A stretch of 64,000 bases of DNA from Acidobacteriota bacterium (GTDB lineage Bacteria > Acidobacteriota > UBA6911). The notes below the pieces were generated by a model. It worked only from the letters and a program-made list of their open reading frames with translations, ran no database searches and was not told where the DNA came from. The stretch's first letter is position 1. The number at the start of each line of letters is the position of its first letter. The translations under genes and the position numbers were made by a program. The stretch covers positions 2,798 through 66,797 of the forward strand of contig JBBIMP010000023.1 of the NCBI GenBank assembly GCA_037444305.1. The letters are read 5' to 3'. Of the stretch, positions 55,535 through 64,000 are shown piece by piece.

Positions 55535-56512
55535 ATGGAAAACAAGCTGGGACGGGAGTTTGTGGCGGTGGTGGAGCAGGCTGCCATTGCATGCGCATTG
55601 ACGATGGGCCAGGGGGACCGGCGCCATTCAGACAGGGTGGCCACCGAATCGATGCGCGGGTCCATGCAGTCGATCCCGATGAGGGGAACCATCGTGATCG
55701 GCGAGGGGGAACGAGACGAAGCCCCGATGCTCTACATCGGCGAGGAGCTGGGGTGCGGCACCGAAGAAAACGGCGACCCGGTCGTGGACATCGCCGTGGA
55801 TCCCCTGGAGGGAACGAATCTCTGCGCCACCGGGGCCAACAACGCTATCACGGTACTCGCCGCCTCGGAGAAAGGCGGTCTCCTTCACGCGCCGGACTGC
55901 TACATGCAGAAAATCATCGTCGGCCCTTCGTCCCGCGGCGCCATCGACATCGATGCCCCGGTCAAGGACAACCTGAAGGCGATTGCCAAGCGTCTGCAGC
56001 GGCGCGTGGAAGACCTTGTCGTGATCGTCCTCGACCGGCCGCGCCACGAGCAGCTGATTCGCGAAATCCGGGAAGCGGGGGCCCGGATCCGGCTGATCGG
56101 GGACGGGGACCTCTCCGCGGGCATTTCCGCCGCTGTGGCCGGCACCGGAGTCCACGCGGTGATGGGCATCGGGGGCGCGCCCGAGGGCGTCCTGACCGCC
56201 GCCGCCCTGCGCTGCCTCAACGGGGAAATCCAGGGCCGTCTGATCATCGCGCGTCCCGACCAGGAGAAGCGCATGAAGGACATGGGAGTGAGCGATCTCA
56301 AGAAGATCTATTCCACCGAAGATCTGGCCCCCGGCCAGAAGATGATCTTTGCGGCATGCGGGGTGACGGACGGAACGCTGCTCAAGGGCGTGCGCTTTTT
56401 CGGCGGCGGCTGCCGCACTCACACGCTGCTCATGACGCGCTCCACCCGGAAGATCCGCTTCATCGATGCGGTTCACCTCGAGGACGGGCCCGACATCCGG
56501 GTGCGCTTCTGA
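55535..56512 (+). CDS. glpX: Fructose-1,6-bisphosphatase class II
   Basis: [43 protein letters not shown]. The start is an internal ATG of ORF 54782..56512, preceded by 250 codons of non-coding-looking frame. Confidence 0.85.
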   Translation: MENKLGREFVAVVEQAAIACALTMGQGDRRHSDRVATESMRGSMQSIPMRGTIVIGEGERDEAPMLYIGEELGCGTEENGDPVVDIAVDPLEGTNLCATGANNAITVLAASEKGGLLHAPDCYMQKIIVGPSSRGAIDIDAPVKDNLKAIAKRLQRRVEDLVVIVLDRPRHEQLIREIREAGARIRLIGDGDLSAGISAAVAGTGVHAVMGIGGAPEGVLTAAALRCLNGEIQGRLIIARPDQEKRMKDMGVSDLKKIYSTEDLAPGQKMIFAACGVTDGTLLKGVRFFGGGCRTHTLLMTRSTRKIRFIDAVHLEDGPDIRVRF

Positions 56513-56571
56513 GCCTGTGGGGGTCGCAACTCGAAGCAAGGCTCGTCACGAAGGCGACAGCGCGCCGGGAT

Positions 56572-58089
56572 TCAGGGCGGGGCTGCCACCGGGAATGAGG
56601 GGGCGCTTCTCCGCCCGTCAGCCGCGCGCTGCAACAGATACGGCTTCACGCCTCGTTCACGAAAAGCCTGCTGCCAGCTCGCAAAGCTCCCCCCGTTCTT
56701 CCAGGCGTCGAGTGCCGCAAGCCCGGCGTCCTCTCCAGACTGCGAGAGCATGTATTCCACCCACGACCAGCGCGCCGAAGTCGGGCGGATCCCCACCCTG
56801 CCCCTCACCCCCGCGCGCAGCCTTCTGAGCCTCGCTTCCAATACCGCCACGGCCTCGAAGGGAGCGCCGTCCATCGGGGTGTGGCGCTTGGCCACGAACG
56901 GTGAAATCCCGAGGGTTACGGGAACGAGCCTCGCCAGCTCGAGCGAAAACCGCACAAGCTCGTCTATGTCGGCATCGCCTTCCCCGGGCAGCCCGATCAT
57001 CTCGTAGAGCTTCAGCTTTTCGAGGCCGTGCTCCCGCGCCAGTCGCGCGGCCCCAACCAGGTGCTCTTCGCTCGTCTTCCGGTCAATCCGGTCGCGCAGC
57101 CGCTGCGACGCACCGTCGGATGCGGTTGTGAGCGTCCTGTAGCCTCCGCGCGCCAGGAGCCCGACGAACTCCCCGTCGAGACGGTCCGCCCGCAGGCTGG
57201 AGATCCCCACCTCGCGCCCGCTCTCGACGATACGCCGCACAATTTCCTTTATGCGCGGGTGGTCGGTTACAGCTGCACCGACCAGGCCGACGCGGCGGGC
57301 GTTGTCCGGGATGAGCTCAATAATCCTTGCCGGCGGCACCAGCCTCATACCGCCGTTCGTGGTCCGCCGCATGGTGCAATAGGTGCAGCCGCGGGAACAG
57401 CCCCTTTCCGGCTCCACCAGGAACATGGAGCGCAGGACCGCGTGGCGCGTGAGGATCTGCGAGCGGGCGGGAAGCCGGTCGTCGGGCGCCTTTGCGATCG
57501 CGGGATAGGCGCGGCTCCTCCCGGGAGCATAAAAGCCGGGGGCCGAGGCCAACTGCTCCAGGAGTTCATGCCGTTTTTCCGCGGCCGCGGCATCGAGAAA
57601 GCGGCGGATCAGCTCTTCGCCTTCCCCGAGGATCATCAGGTCCGCAAAGGGCGCCAGGGGCGAGGGATTCGAATAGGTCAACGGCCCGCCCACGACGATG
57701 AGGGGGTGATGCTCTTCCCTGTCCGCCCGCAGCGCCGGGATCCCGCTCAGGTCCAGCATGGAGAAGAACCCGGGGATCTCCAGTTCCCAGGCGATGGAGA
57801 AGGCCGCCACAGGAAACTCCCAGAGCGGCGTCTCCGTTTCGTAGGAGAAAACGGGCGATCCCGCGCGCCGGTACTCCTCCACGCGCTCCGGCAGAAATGC
57901 CCTCTCTGCGCTCCACTCCGGATGCCGGTGGATTTCCCTGTAAATGGCCTGGAATCCGAGCGAACTCATCCCGACGTGGTAAGGCGCCGGGTAACAGAGC
58001 GCGACTCTCAGGGGTGCGGCCTTGTAAAGCGTCCCCTCCTCCTCGTCGATCCGGCCGCGGACAGCGGCCCGCAGGTCCCAGGAACTCAC
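56572..58089 (-). CDS. B12-binding-domain radical SAM protein (TIGR03960-like, function unknown)
   Basis: LRVALCYPAPYHVGMSSLGFQAIY (B12-binding-like N-terminus) and CSRGCTYC (CxxxCxxC). A probable GTG start 1 nt after the queE-like stop. Confidence 0.7.
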   Translation of the reverse strand: MSSWDLRAAVRGRIDEEEGTLYKAAPLRVALCYPAPYHVGMSSLGFQAIYREIHRHPEWSAERAFLPERVEEYRRAGSPVFSYETETPLWEFPVAAFSIAWELEIPGFFSMLDLSGIPALRADREEHHPLIVVGGPLTYSNPSPLAPFADLMILGEGEELIRRFLDAAAAEKRHELLEQLASAPGFYAPGRSRAYPAIAKAPDDRLPARSQILTRHAVLRSMFLVEPERGCSRGCTYCTMRRTTNGGMRLVPPARIIELIPDNARRVGLVGAAVTDHPRIKEIVRRIVESGREVGISSLRADRLDGEFVGLLARGGYRTLTTASDGASQRLRDRIDRKTSEEHLVGAARLAREHGLEKLKLYEMIGLPGEGDADIDELVRFSLELARLVPVTLGISPFVAKRHTPMDGAPFEAVAVLEARLRRLRAGVRGRVGIRPTSARWSWVEYMLSQSGEDAGLAALDAWKNGGSFASWQQAFRERGVKPYLLQRAADGRRSAPSFPVAAPP

Positions 58090-58090
58090 G

Positions 58091-58735
58091 TTACGCCCCC
58101 CGGCGGCGGTCGGGCCACAGGATCCTGTGCAACTGCACCTGGAGTCTGGCTCGAATGCCGGATTCCAGCAGCCAGGCGGCCAGTTCGGGGGCGGGAAGAG
58201 CATCGTGAACCGGCGAGAACAGCACCGCTCCCACGCGGGACGGCAGGCCGTAGCGCTTGACCTGGCCGCACGCCCAGTCGAAATCCTCGCGGTTGCCGAT
58301 CACGAACTTCACCTCGTCGCCCGGGGTCAGGCACTCGACATTCCCGTAGAGATTGTGCTGCTGCATGCCGCTTGAGGGGCACTTCAGGTCCATGATCTTG
58401 TGCACGCGGGGATCCACGGCGTTCAATGACACCTGCCCGCCCGTCTCCAGGCAGACCGTGTACCCGCGCCCGAGCAGTTCCCCGAACAGTTCGTGGACCT
58501 CCGGCTGCAGCATCGGCTCACCCCCCGTGACCAGCACCAGTCTTGCCGGGAAGTCCGCGATCGCGTCGATGATCTGCGGGACGGACATCTCCGAGCCTTC
58601 GTAAAAAGCATACCCGGTGTCGCAATAGCTGCACCTCAGGTTGCATCCCGTCAGCCGGATGAACGCGCATGGAAACCCTGCAAAGCTCGACTCACCCTGG
58701 ATGCTGTAGAAAATCTCGTTCACCTTCATTGGCAT
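58091..58735 (-). CDS. queE: 7-carboxy-7-deazaguanine synthase-like radical SAM enzyme
   Basis: VNEIFYSIQGES ... GFPCAFIRLTGCNLRCSYCDT is the QueE signature. I take the ATG at 58735. Confidence 0.8.
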   Translation of the reverse strand: MPMKVNEIFYSIQGESSFAGFPCAFIRLTGCNLRCSYCDTGYAFYEGSEMSVPQIIDAIADFPARLVLVTGGEPMLQPEVHELFGELLGRGYTVCLETGGQVSLNAVDPRVHKIMDLKCPSSGMQQHNLYGNVECLTPGDEVKFVIGNREDFDWACGQVKRYGLPSRVGAVLFSPVHDALPAPELAAWLLESGIRARLQVQLHRILWPDRRRGA

Positions 58736-58873
58736 TTCCGCTCCGCCGCCCGCCACCGGACGAATCCCGGGCTCCGGGACGCTCCTTGGTGAATAGATAC
58801 CGCGTTCCGCCCGTTAAGACAAACGCTGGGCGTATCCCTCGAAGGATCGGTGTCGATGAGGCTGTAGGAGGAT

Positions 58874-59680
58874 TCAATCCGCGTCCGGTAGGAGTTTCAC
58901 CAGCACAACAGTGACGTTGTCGGGCCCGCCCGCTTCGTTCGCAGCGCTGATGAGGCGCTCTCCCGCCCGCTCGATGATGAGTTCGGGATCGCCCAGAATC
59001 ACGCCGATGCTGCTATCGGGCACAACATCGGTCAGCCCATCGGAGCACAGCAGGAAGACGTCCCCCGCGCGCGCTTCGCCCTGCTCGAGATCCGCTTCCA
59101 CGCCGGCATTGGGCCCGATGGAGCGGGTGATCAGATTCTTGCGGGGATGGCTGGAAAGGTCTTCCTTCCGGAGGATTCCCTTCTCCAGGAGGTCCCACAC
59201 GAGGGAGTGATCGCGCGTCAGCTGGGTGAGTTCGCCGTCGCGATAACAGTAGGCTCTCGAGTCGCCGACGTGCGCGATGTGGTACCGGTTGTGGCGGAAC
59301 CACAAGGCGGTCATCGTGCAACCCATCCCCTGGAGTTCGGCATTCGCGAACTGCGCCTGGTGCACTTTCAGGTTCGCCTCGGTGAACGCGGCCCGCAATA
59401 CTTCCTGGACACCGCTCTCCGGGCCGGCCGCCCGGGCAAGCCGCTCCTCGACCGTTTCCGCGGCCATCTCGCTGGCTACTTCCCCGGCCGCGTGCCCGCC
59501 CATTCCGTCGGCTACCAGAAACAGCCCGAGATCGGGATTGGCCTTGCAGGCATCCTCGTTGGATGTCCTCACTCTTCCACTGTCGGTGACAGCCGCGTGG
59601 ACGAAGCGCAAATCGGCACCTATTCCCCATCCCGGCCCAGACACGGGCACACCAAACCCTGATCTTATAACACGTTCCAA
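58874..59680 (-). CDS. PP2C-family Ser/Thr protein phosphatase (Stp-like)
   Basis: TDSGRVRTSNEDA ... ADGMGGHAAGEVAS ... CSDGLTD ... GGPDNVTVVLV. Confidence 0.8.
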   Translation of the reverse strand: MERVIRSGFGVPVSGPGWGIGADLRFVHAAVTDSGRVRTSNEDACKANPDLGLFLVADGMGGHAAGEVASEMAAETVEERLARAAGPESGVQEVLRAAFTEANLKVHQAQFANAELQGMGCTMTALWFRHNRYHIAHVGDSRAYCYRDGELTQLTRDHSLVWDLLEKGILRKEDLSSHPRKNLITRSIGPNAGVEADLEQGEARAGDVFLLCSDGLTDVVPDSSIGVILGDPELIIERAGERLISAANEAGGPDNVTVVLVKLLPDAD

Positions 59681-59829
59681 ACAAGCGCTTCAAGCAGGCG
59701 GCCATTCCGTGCAGATCGCTTCGCGGCGTAATTCAATGCGCCGCCGCCGGTGCTCCCTTTGTGTTATGATTTGCGCGTGTTTGAATGGGATGAAGATAAA
59801 CCAACGGTTCCCCCGCAAAACCAGACCTA

Positions 59830-61610
59830 TGAAATCCGGGTTCCTCGCAAAAAAGCTGTGTTTCATTCTGGCCTTGACCTGCCTGGGGCCTGCCCTCGGG
59901 CTGGCGGGCGTTTCCCGTGCTATCCAGGAGCGCTACCGCCAGGCCTATGAGAACAAGGCCTTTTTCCTCAAGATCCCCATAGTCGCGGACAAGCACTACA
60001 TTTTCATCGGAAGCGGCGGAGCCCGTCCAAGCCAGGCGTTTGTCGCCGGCGCTACACGGTTCAAGGTTGGGGACCAGGTGCGCCTGGTCGGCATGGACTT
60101 CGGCGGGGATGAGATAAAAATCAAGATCAGCGCCATTTCCGGGCCCGGCAACGCGGAACTGATTTTCAAGTTCGACACGAACCTGCTGGATAATTTCCCG
60201 AACAGCGCCGCCTTCGACGCCAGCCTGGAGGACACTTTCACCGAGGGTCTCAGGTATGCCGATCTGGAGGAGTCGAAGCGCGCGTACGCCGAGGAGCAGT
60301 TCGAGCGCGCGGTGCGTGAAATCGCCGCCACTTCCGGAACCACCCGTGAGGCGGTTCTGAAGCACATTGCGCCGAGGCTTCCTGCCTACCAGGATGCCGC
60401 GCGGGATCTGGACAACCAAAGAAAGCGCAGCCAGGAGCTCTCCAGCCAGGTTTCCCAGGCCCAGTCCGAAAACCGGAGGCTCGACGGCGAGCTGCGGGCG
60501 CAGCAGAGCGAGGTGGCCCGCCTGCGCACCGCCAACACTTCGCTGCAGGAGCGGATCGACGGCATGAATTCGCAGCTTGCCCGCGTGCGCGACGACCTGC
60601 GCAACTCCCAGGGAGAAACCCAGGGATACCAGCGCGAGCTCTCGAACCTGCAGCGCTCCTTGAAGCTGCGCGTGGATACAAATCGCGATCTGGGCGAGCA
60701 GATCGCCGAACTCGGGCAGGCCATGCAGAAGCTCCAGCGCGGCAACGTCGAACTGGAAAGCCAGAACAGCGCGCTGAAATCCGGCCTGGAAAAACAGCAG
60801 GCCGTCAATGCCAAGCTCTCCGGGGAGATCGATGACCTCAAGGCCTCGGCCCGGAAGATGAAGGAGACGATCGACACGCTCACATCGAAAGAGGATTCCC
60901 TGGCCCGCCAGTACATCAGGCTCAAACAGACCAAGGAAAACCTGGAAAACATCGTGCTCGCGGTCGATGCTCTCGACATCCGCCAGGTGGAGGACCGATC
61001 CGAGAGGGGCGAGCGCAGAGGGAAAGCGGAGGTCTTTCTCGCCGAGATCCTGATCGGCTCCTTCAACTGGCGTCTGCCGGAGAGACTCGCAGCCAACGAA
61101 GCGCGGAATGCCGAAGCCTCCTTTGCCGCGGAGTCCATCGACTACGTCAAGGTGACGGCTCCCGCAAGGGCCATTCTGCAGTCCCTGGGCGAGCGCCTCA
61201 AAGTGCAATTGAAAATGGTGTCGCGTTCCGCCGACCTGCAGATCGAGCCCGAACAGGCATCTGCCATCCAGGAGATCGGCGAACGCGACACCGCCGTCTG
61301 GCGCTGGCAAGTAGTCAACCGCGGTGCGGGCGCCGACGCCCGTCTCGCGCTTGACGCCGGCTTCTTGAACAAGAACTCCGATCTGATCCCCCTGTTCCGG
61401 CAGGAGACCGCAGTTCAGTCCTCCAACATCGTCCGCCAGGTCCGCGGCTTCCTGCAGCCGATCCCGCTGGCCGTCGGCGTGCTTCTCGGGTTCCTGCTCT
61501 TCGGCGTCGTCGGCATCTTTCGCCGGGGAAAGCAGGCGCGACGGCCCGACCGCCGCGCCCGGCCCGATCACACGGATACGCCCAGCCCCTCGCTCCGAAA
61601 GGGATTGTAG
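59830..61610 (+). CDS. Large coiled-coil protein with an N-terminal signal peptide and a C-terminal TM anchor
   Basis: Signal peptide MKSGFLAKKLCFILALTCLGPALGLAG, ~250 aa of heptad-rich sequence, and a terminal TM helix (IPLAVGVLLGFLLFGVVGIF). An alternative ATG exists at 59791. Confidence 0.5.
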
Positions 61611-61723
61611 GCAGAGCCGGTTCCGCCGGGGGCGCCCCCGGCGAGACAAAACAATAAGCCCGCCGCCGGGACACCAGGATTTGCGGAGGCAGTGCGTCTC
61701 GAGCGACCGCCCAGGGGTGGGAG

Positions 61724-63514
61724 TTACTGCACCTTCATGTGGCGCACGACGAGCCTCCGCACGCGCTCCCCGTCACCGCGATTGAGCAGCCGGAAGTTGT
61801 ACTTCTTGTTGTTCGCCATCCGGATCGCTATTTCCTCCCCGGTCACGGAAAAATTCCGCAGGCCGGCGTAGCTTTCGTAGAAGCTGTGGTCCGTTTCCGT
61901 CGTCCGGAATTCTATTCCCTTGTCGGTGAAATACAGGTTTCCCCGGCAGCTGGAAAACGCGTGCCGGTGTTCCGCCGCAAAGGGCGTCTTTTCGAGGATG
62001 CTCAACTGCATCCTGTCCTGGAGGTCCTGGATCATCGACTGCAGGCGGTCGGGCGTGTAACGCTCCACCCCACCCATATCCTGTGCCTTCTTGAGGTGCT
62101 CGATGGCCTTGGAGAGGTTGCCCCGGTGGCTGTCGTAAAGGATGCCGAGGTTGAGGTGCGCCAGAGCGTTCCCCGAGTGAATCGAAAGGGAGCGCTCGAA
62201 GTTCAGAATCGCGGAGTCGAACTGCTTCTGTTCGAGATAGCCCGCCCCGACATAGAAATAGGCTTCAGCGTTGTTCGGTTCCAGTTTCAGGAACTCGGTC
62301 CAATCCGCGATGGATTTGGCGAAAGCACCCGACCGGTAGGCGCTCACGGCCGACTGGCGGAGCTCATCGATCCGCTGGCGGATCTGCTGCTCCTCCGTGC
62401 TTCGGTCGGCCCGCTGCTGCTCCGCCCTGGCCGCCTCCGCCAGCCGGGATTCGATGAGCTCCAGGCGCGACTTGCTGTAGCTGTCGTCGGGAAAATACTG
62501 GAGAGCGAGCCGGAAATCGGTGCGCGCGCCGGCCAGGTCTCCCCCGTTGATCTTCTTGTCTCCGCGGTTCTGGATCATCTCCCGGAGCTGCAGCATGGCG
62601 GTACGGGCATAGGCATTCCTCCTGTCCAGCCGCTGGATGCTGCGTATGGCGTCGAGCGCGTTGTCCTTCTCCGGCGGGAGAAGCACGCCCGCTTGCATCG
62701 CCGCTTCAGCTTTCGCGGCCCATTCGCCGACCTGCGTTTCCCGGTCCTTGTCGCTCTCGTCTATCTTGGCGGCGATGTCGGAGAGGCGTTCGCCGATCGT
62801 CAGGTCGTTGGGGTAGAGCAGCGCGAGGTTGTTGTACTGCTTCTCCGCTTCGAGCCAGTTTTCGGAGGCATAGGCCGCGTCCGCCTTCTGCTGCAACGTC
62901 TCCGCGAGCTTTCTCCGGGCGTCGGAAGCATAGGCGTTCGCCGGATCGATCGTTAGAATCCTGTCGGCGAGGAAGAGAACATTGAAATCCTCCGGCGGGG
63001 GCAGAAGTATGTTCTCCGCCAGGGCGGTGGCAAGCTTCTTCTTCCACATCTCCACCTCGGCGAGCTGCTCGTTGGTGAGGATGGGGATGAGGGGCTCCAG
63101 GCGGAAGTGCAGGTTTTCCGTCGCGTAGGCCATCACCTGCAGGTTCTGCACAAGGTCCCGGTAACCCTCCTTCACGATCCGGAGCTGGTGTCCGCCGGCC
63201 CTCAGGCTTTCGAGCGTCAGCGGTGTCGCGCCCTGCTGCTTGCCGTCGAGGTAGACAATGGCGTCGACCGGCGTCGTCTTGATCACCAGCCCGCCGTACT
63301 TGGGCTTCAGATAGAGGTAGAAAAATGCCGCGGCGAAGGTGAGGCAGCCGATCAGGATCAGCGAGCCGATGCTCAGCATGAGTGTCCGGACGCTGATCTG
63401 CGCGCCCTTGACGGCGGGCCGCGGTGCGGCCTCCCCTTCGATCGGCGACCCATCGGCCGGACAGAAGCGGAAGCGGTCCGGGTACTCTGTTCCGCAACTC
63501 GGGCACCTGTTCAT
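61724..63514 (-). CDS. Zinc-ribbon, PEGA and TPR-domain membrane protein
   Basis: MNRCPSCGTEYPDRFRFCPADGSP (zinc ribbon), a TM helix, a PEGA-like segment (GATPLTLESLRAGGHQLRIVKEGY), and multiple TPRs. Confidence 0.6.
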   Translation of the reverse strand: MNRCPSCGTEYPDRFRFCPADGSPIEGEAAPRPAVKGAQISVRTLMLSIGSLILIGCLTFAAAFFYLYLKPKYGGLVIKTTPVDAIVYLDGKQQGATPLTLESLRAGGHQLRIVKEGYRDLVQNLQVMAYATENLHFRLEPLIPILTNEQLAEVEMWKKKLATALAENILLPPPEDFNVLFLADRILTIDPANAYASDARRKLAETLQQKADAAYASENWLEAEKQYNNLALLYPNDLTIGERLSDIAAKIDESDKDRETQVGEWAAKAEAAMQAGVLLPPEKDNALDAIRSIQRLDRRNAYARTAMLQLREMIQNRGDKKINGGDLAGARTDFRLALQYFPDDSYSKSRLELIESRLAEAARAEQQRADRSTEEQQIRQRIDELRQSAVSAYRSGAFAKSIADWTEFLKLEPNNAEAYFYVGAGYLEQKQFDSAILNFERSLSIHSGNALAHLNLGILYDSHRGNLSKAIEHLKKAQDMGGVERYTPDRLQSMIQDLQDRMQLSILEKTPFAAEHRHAFSSCRGNLYFTDKGIEFRTTETDHSFYESYAGLRNFSVTGEEIAIRMANNKKYNFRLLNRGDGERVRRLVVRHMKVQ

Positions 63515-63721
63515 GAGCGCTAAAATAACACACCCCCGGCCGGCAGGTGAAGCGCCGGGACCAACAGCCGTTCGCACGGCACTGACCTGCAAAATCCGCA
63601 GCCCCTCCCCCGGGGCCCCCGAATGCTGTTGAATTGGCCCGGGAACCGCCCTATGCTTCGGCGTTCAGGGACCCTTGGGCAAAAGCGGCCGACGCCCGGC
63701 CATCTGGGACTACCGTAGCCT

Positions 63722-64000
63722 ATGAAGCCTAAAATAATCATGGGAATCGCCGGGGGGACCGGCTCGGGAAAAACCACCATCGCCGACGAGCTGATCCGCT
63801 CCCTCGGCCCCGAGAACGCCGTCATCATCCACCAGGATTCCTATTATCGCGACCTGGGAGACGTCCCCCAGGATGAGAAGGGGCAGGTGAACTTCGACCA
63901 TCCCGCTGCCTTCGACTGGGATCTGCTCAAAGCACAGATCCATCTGCTGCGCGACGGCATCGCGATCGAAAAGCCGATCTACGATTTCCGCACGCATTCG
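63722..64000 (+). CDS. udk: Uridine kinase, N-terminal part; 3' end lies outside the window
   Basis: MKPKIIMGIAGGTGSGKTTIA (P-loop) ... HQDSYYRD ... FDHPAAFDWDLL. The frame runs off the end of the window. Confidence 0.8.
   Translation, partial: MKPKIIMGIAGGTGSGKTTIADELIRSLGPENAVIIHQDSYYRDLGDVPQDEKGQVNFDHPAAFDWDLLKAQIHLLRDGIAIEKPIYDFRTHS

Overview
This is a GC-rich (about two-thirds G+C) bacterial chromosomal segment. The GWxTD-domain protein suggests an Acidobacteria-like origin, but that is only an inference. It is densely coding: I call about 60 CDS and one partial gene at each window edge. I found no rRNA, tRNA, tmRNA, CRISPR array, IS element or integrase.

Most genes are housekeeping:
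- histidine-utilisation genes hutI and ftcD, with fabH on the same strand;
- the hrcA-grpE-dnaK-dnaJ chaperone operon;
- holB-tmk and yggS-yggU;
- a class II ribonucleotide reductase gene (nrdJ);
- rsmE, glpX, queE, udk, smpB, pepA and pdxA;
- a GT2/rmlA-rmlB-rmlD polysaccharide cluster.

The most interesting region is 28.2-37.0 kb, which looks like one redox-regulatory module:
- A multi-TM sensor histidine kinase and a sigma-54 (NtrC-type, GAFTGA) response regulator sit upstream.
- They are followed by a 340-bp intergenic region carrying a good -24/-12 promoter and palindromic candidate enhancer sites.
- That promoter would drive two tandem paralogous small Cys-rich proteins. Their motifs resemble a serine-recombinase catalytic domain, but the nucleophile Ser is replaced by Cys and there is no DNA-binding domain.
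- Next comes a fused NarI-like cytochrome b plus HdrD-like (CCG-domain) Fe-S membrane oxidoreductase (DsrMK/HdrED-type).
- A Crp/Fnr regulator and a 4Fe-4S protein lie convergently on the other side.

Other structure not explained by genes:
- a mosaic intergenic repeat family present at three loci (17.35, 22.34 and 43.67 kb), with conserved hairpins and phased CACGGAG decamers;
- a perfect 26-bp-stem hairpin between divergent genes at 53.8 kb;
- an AT-rich leader upstream of nrdJ with three pairs of 11-bp-phased pentamer repeats.

All functional assignments come from motif-level reading of the translated ORFs. No database searches were run.
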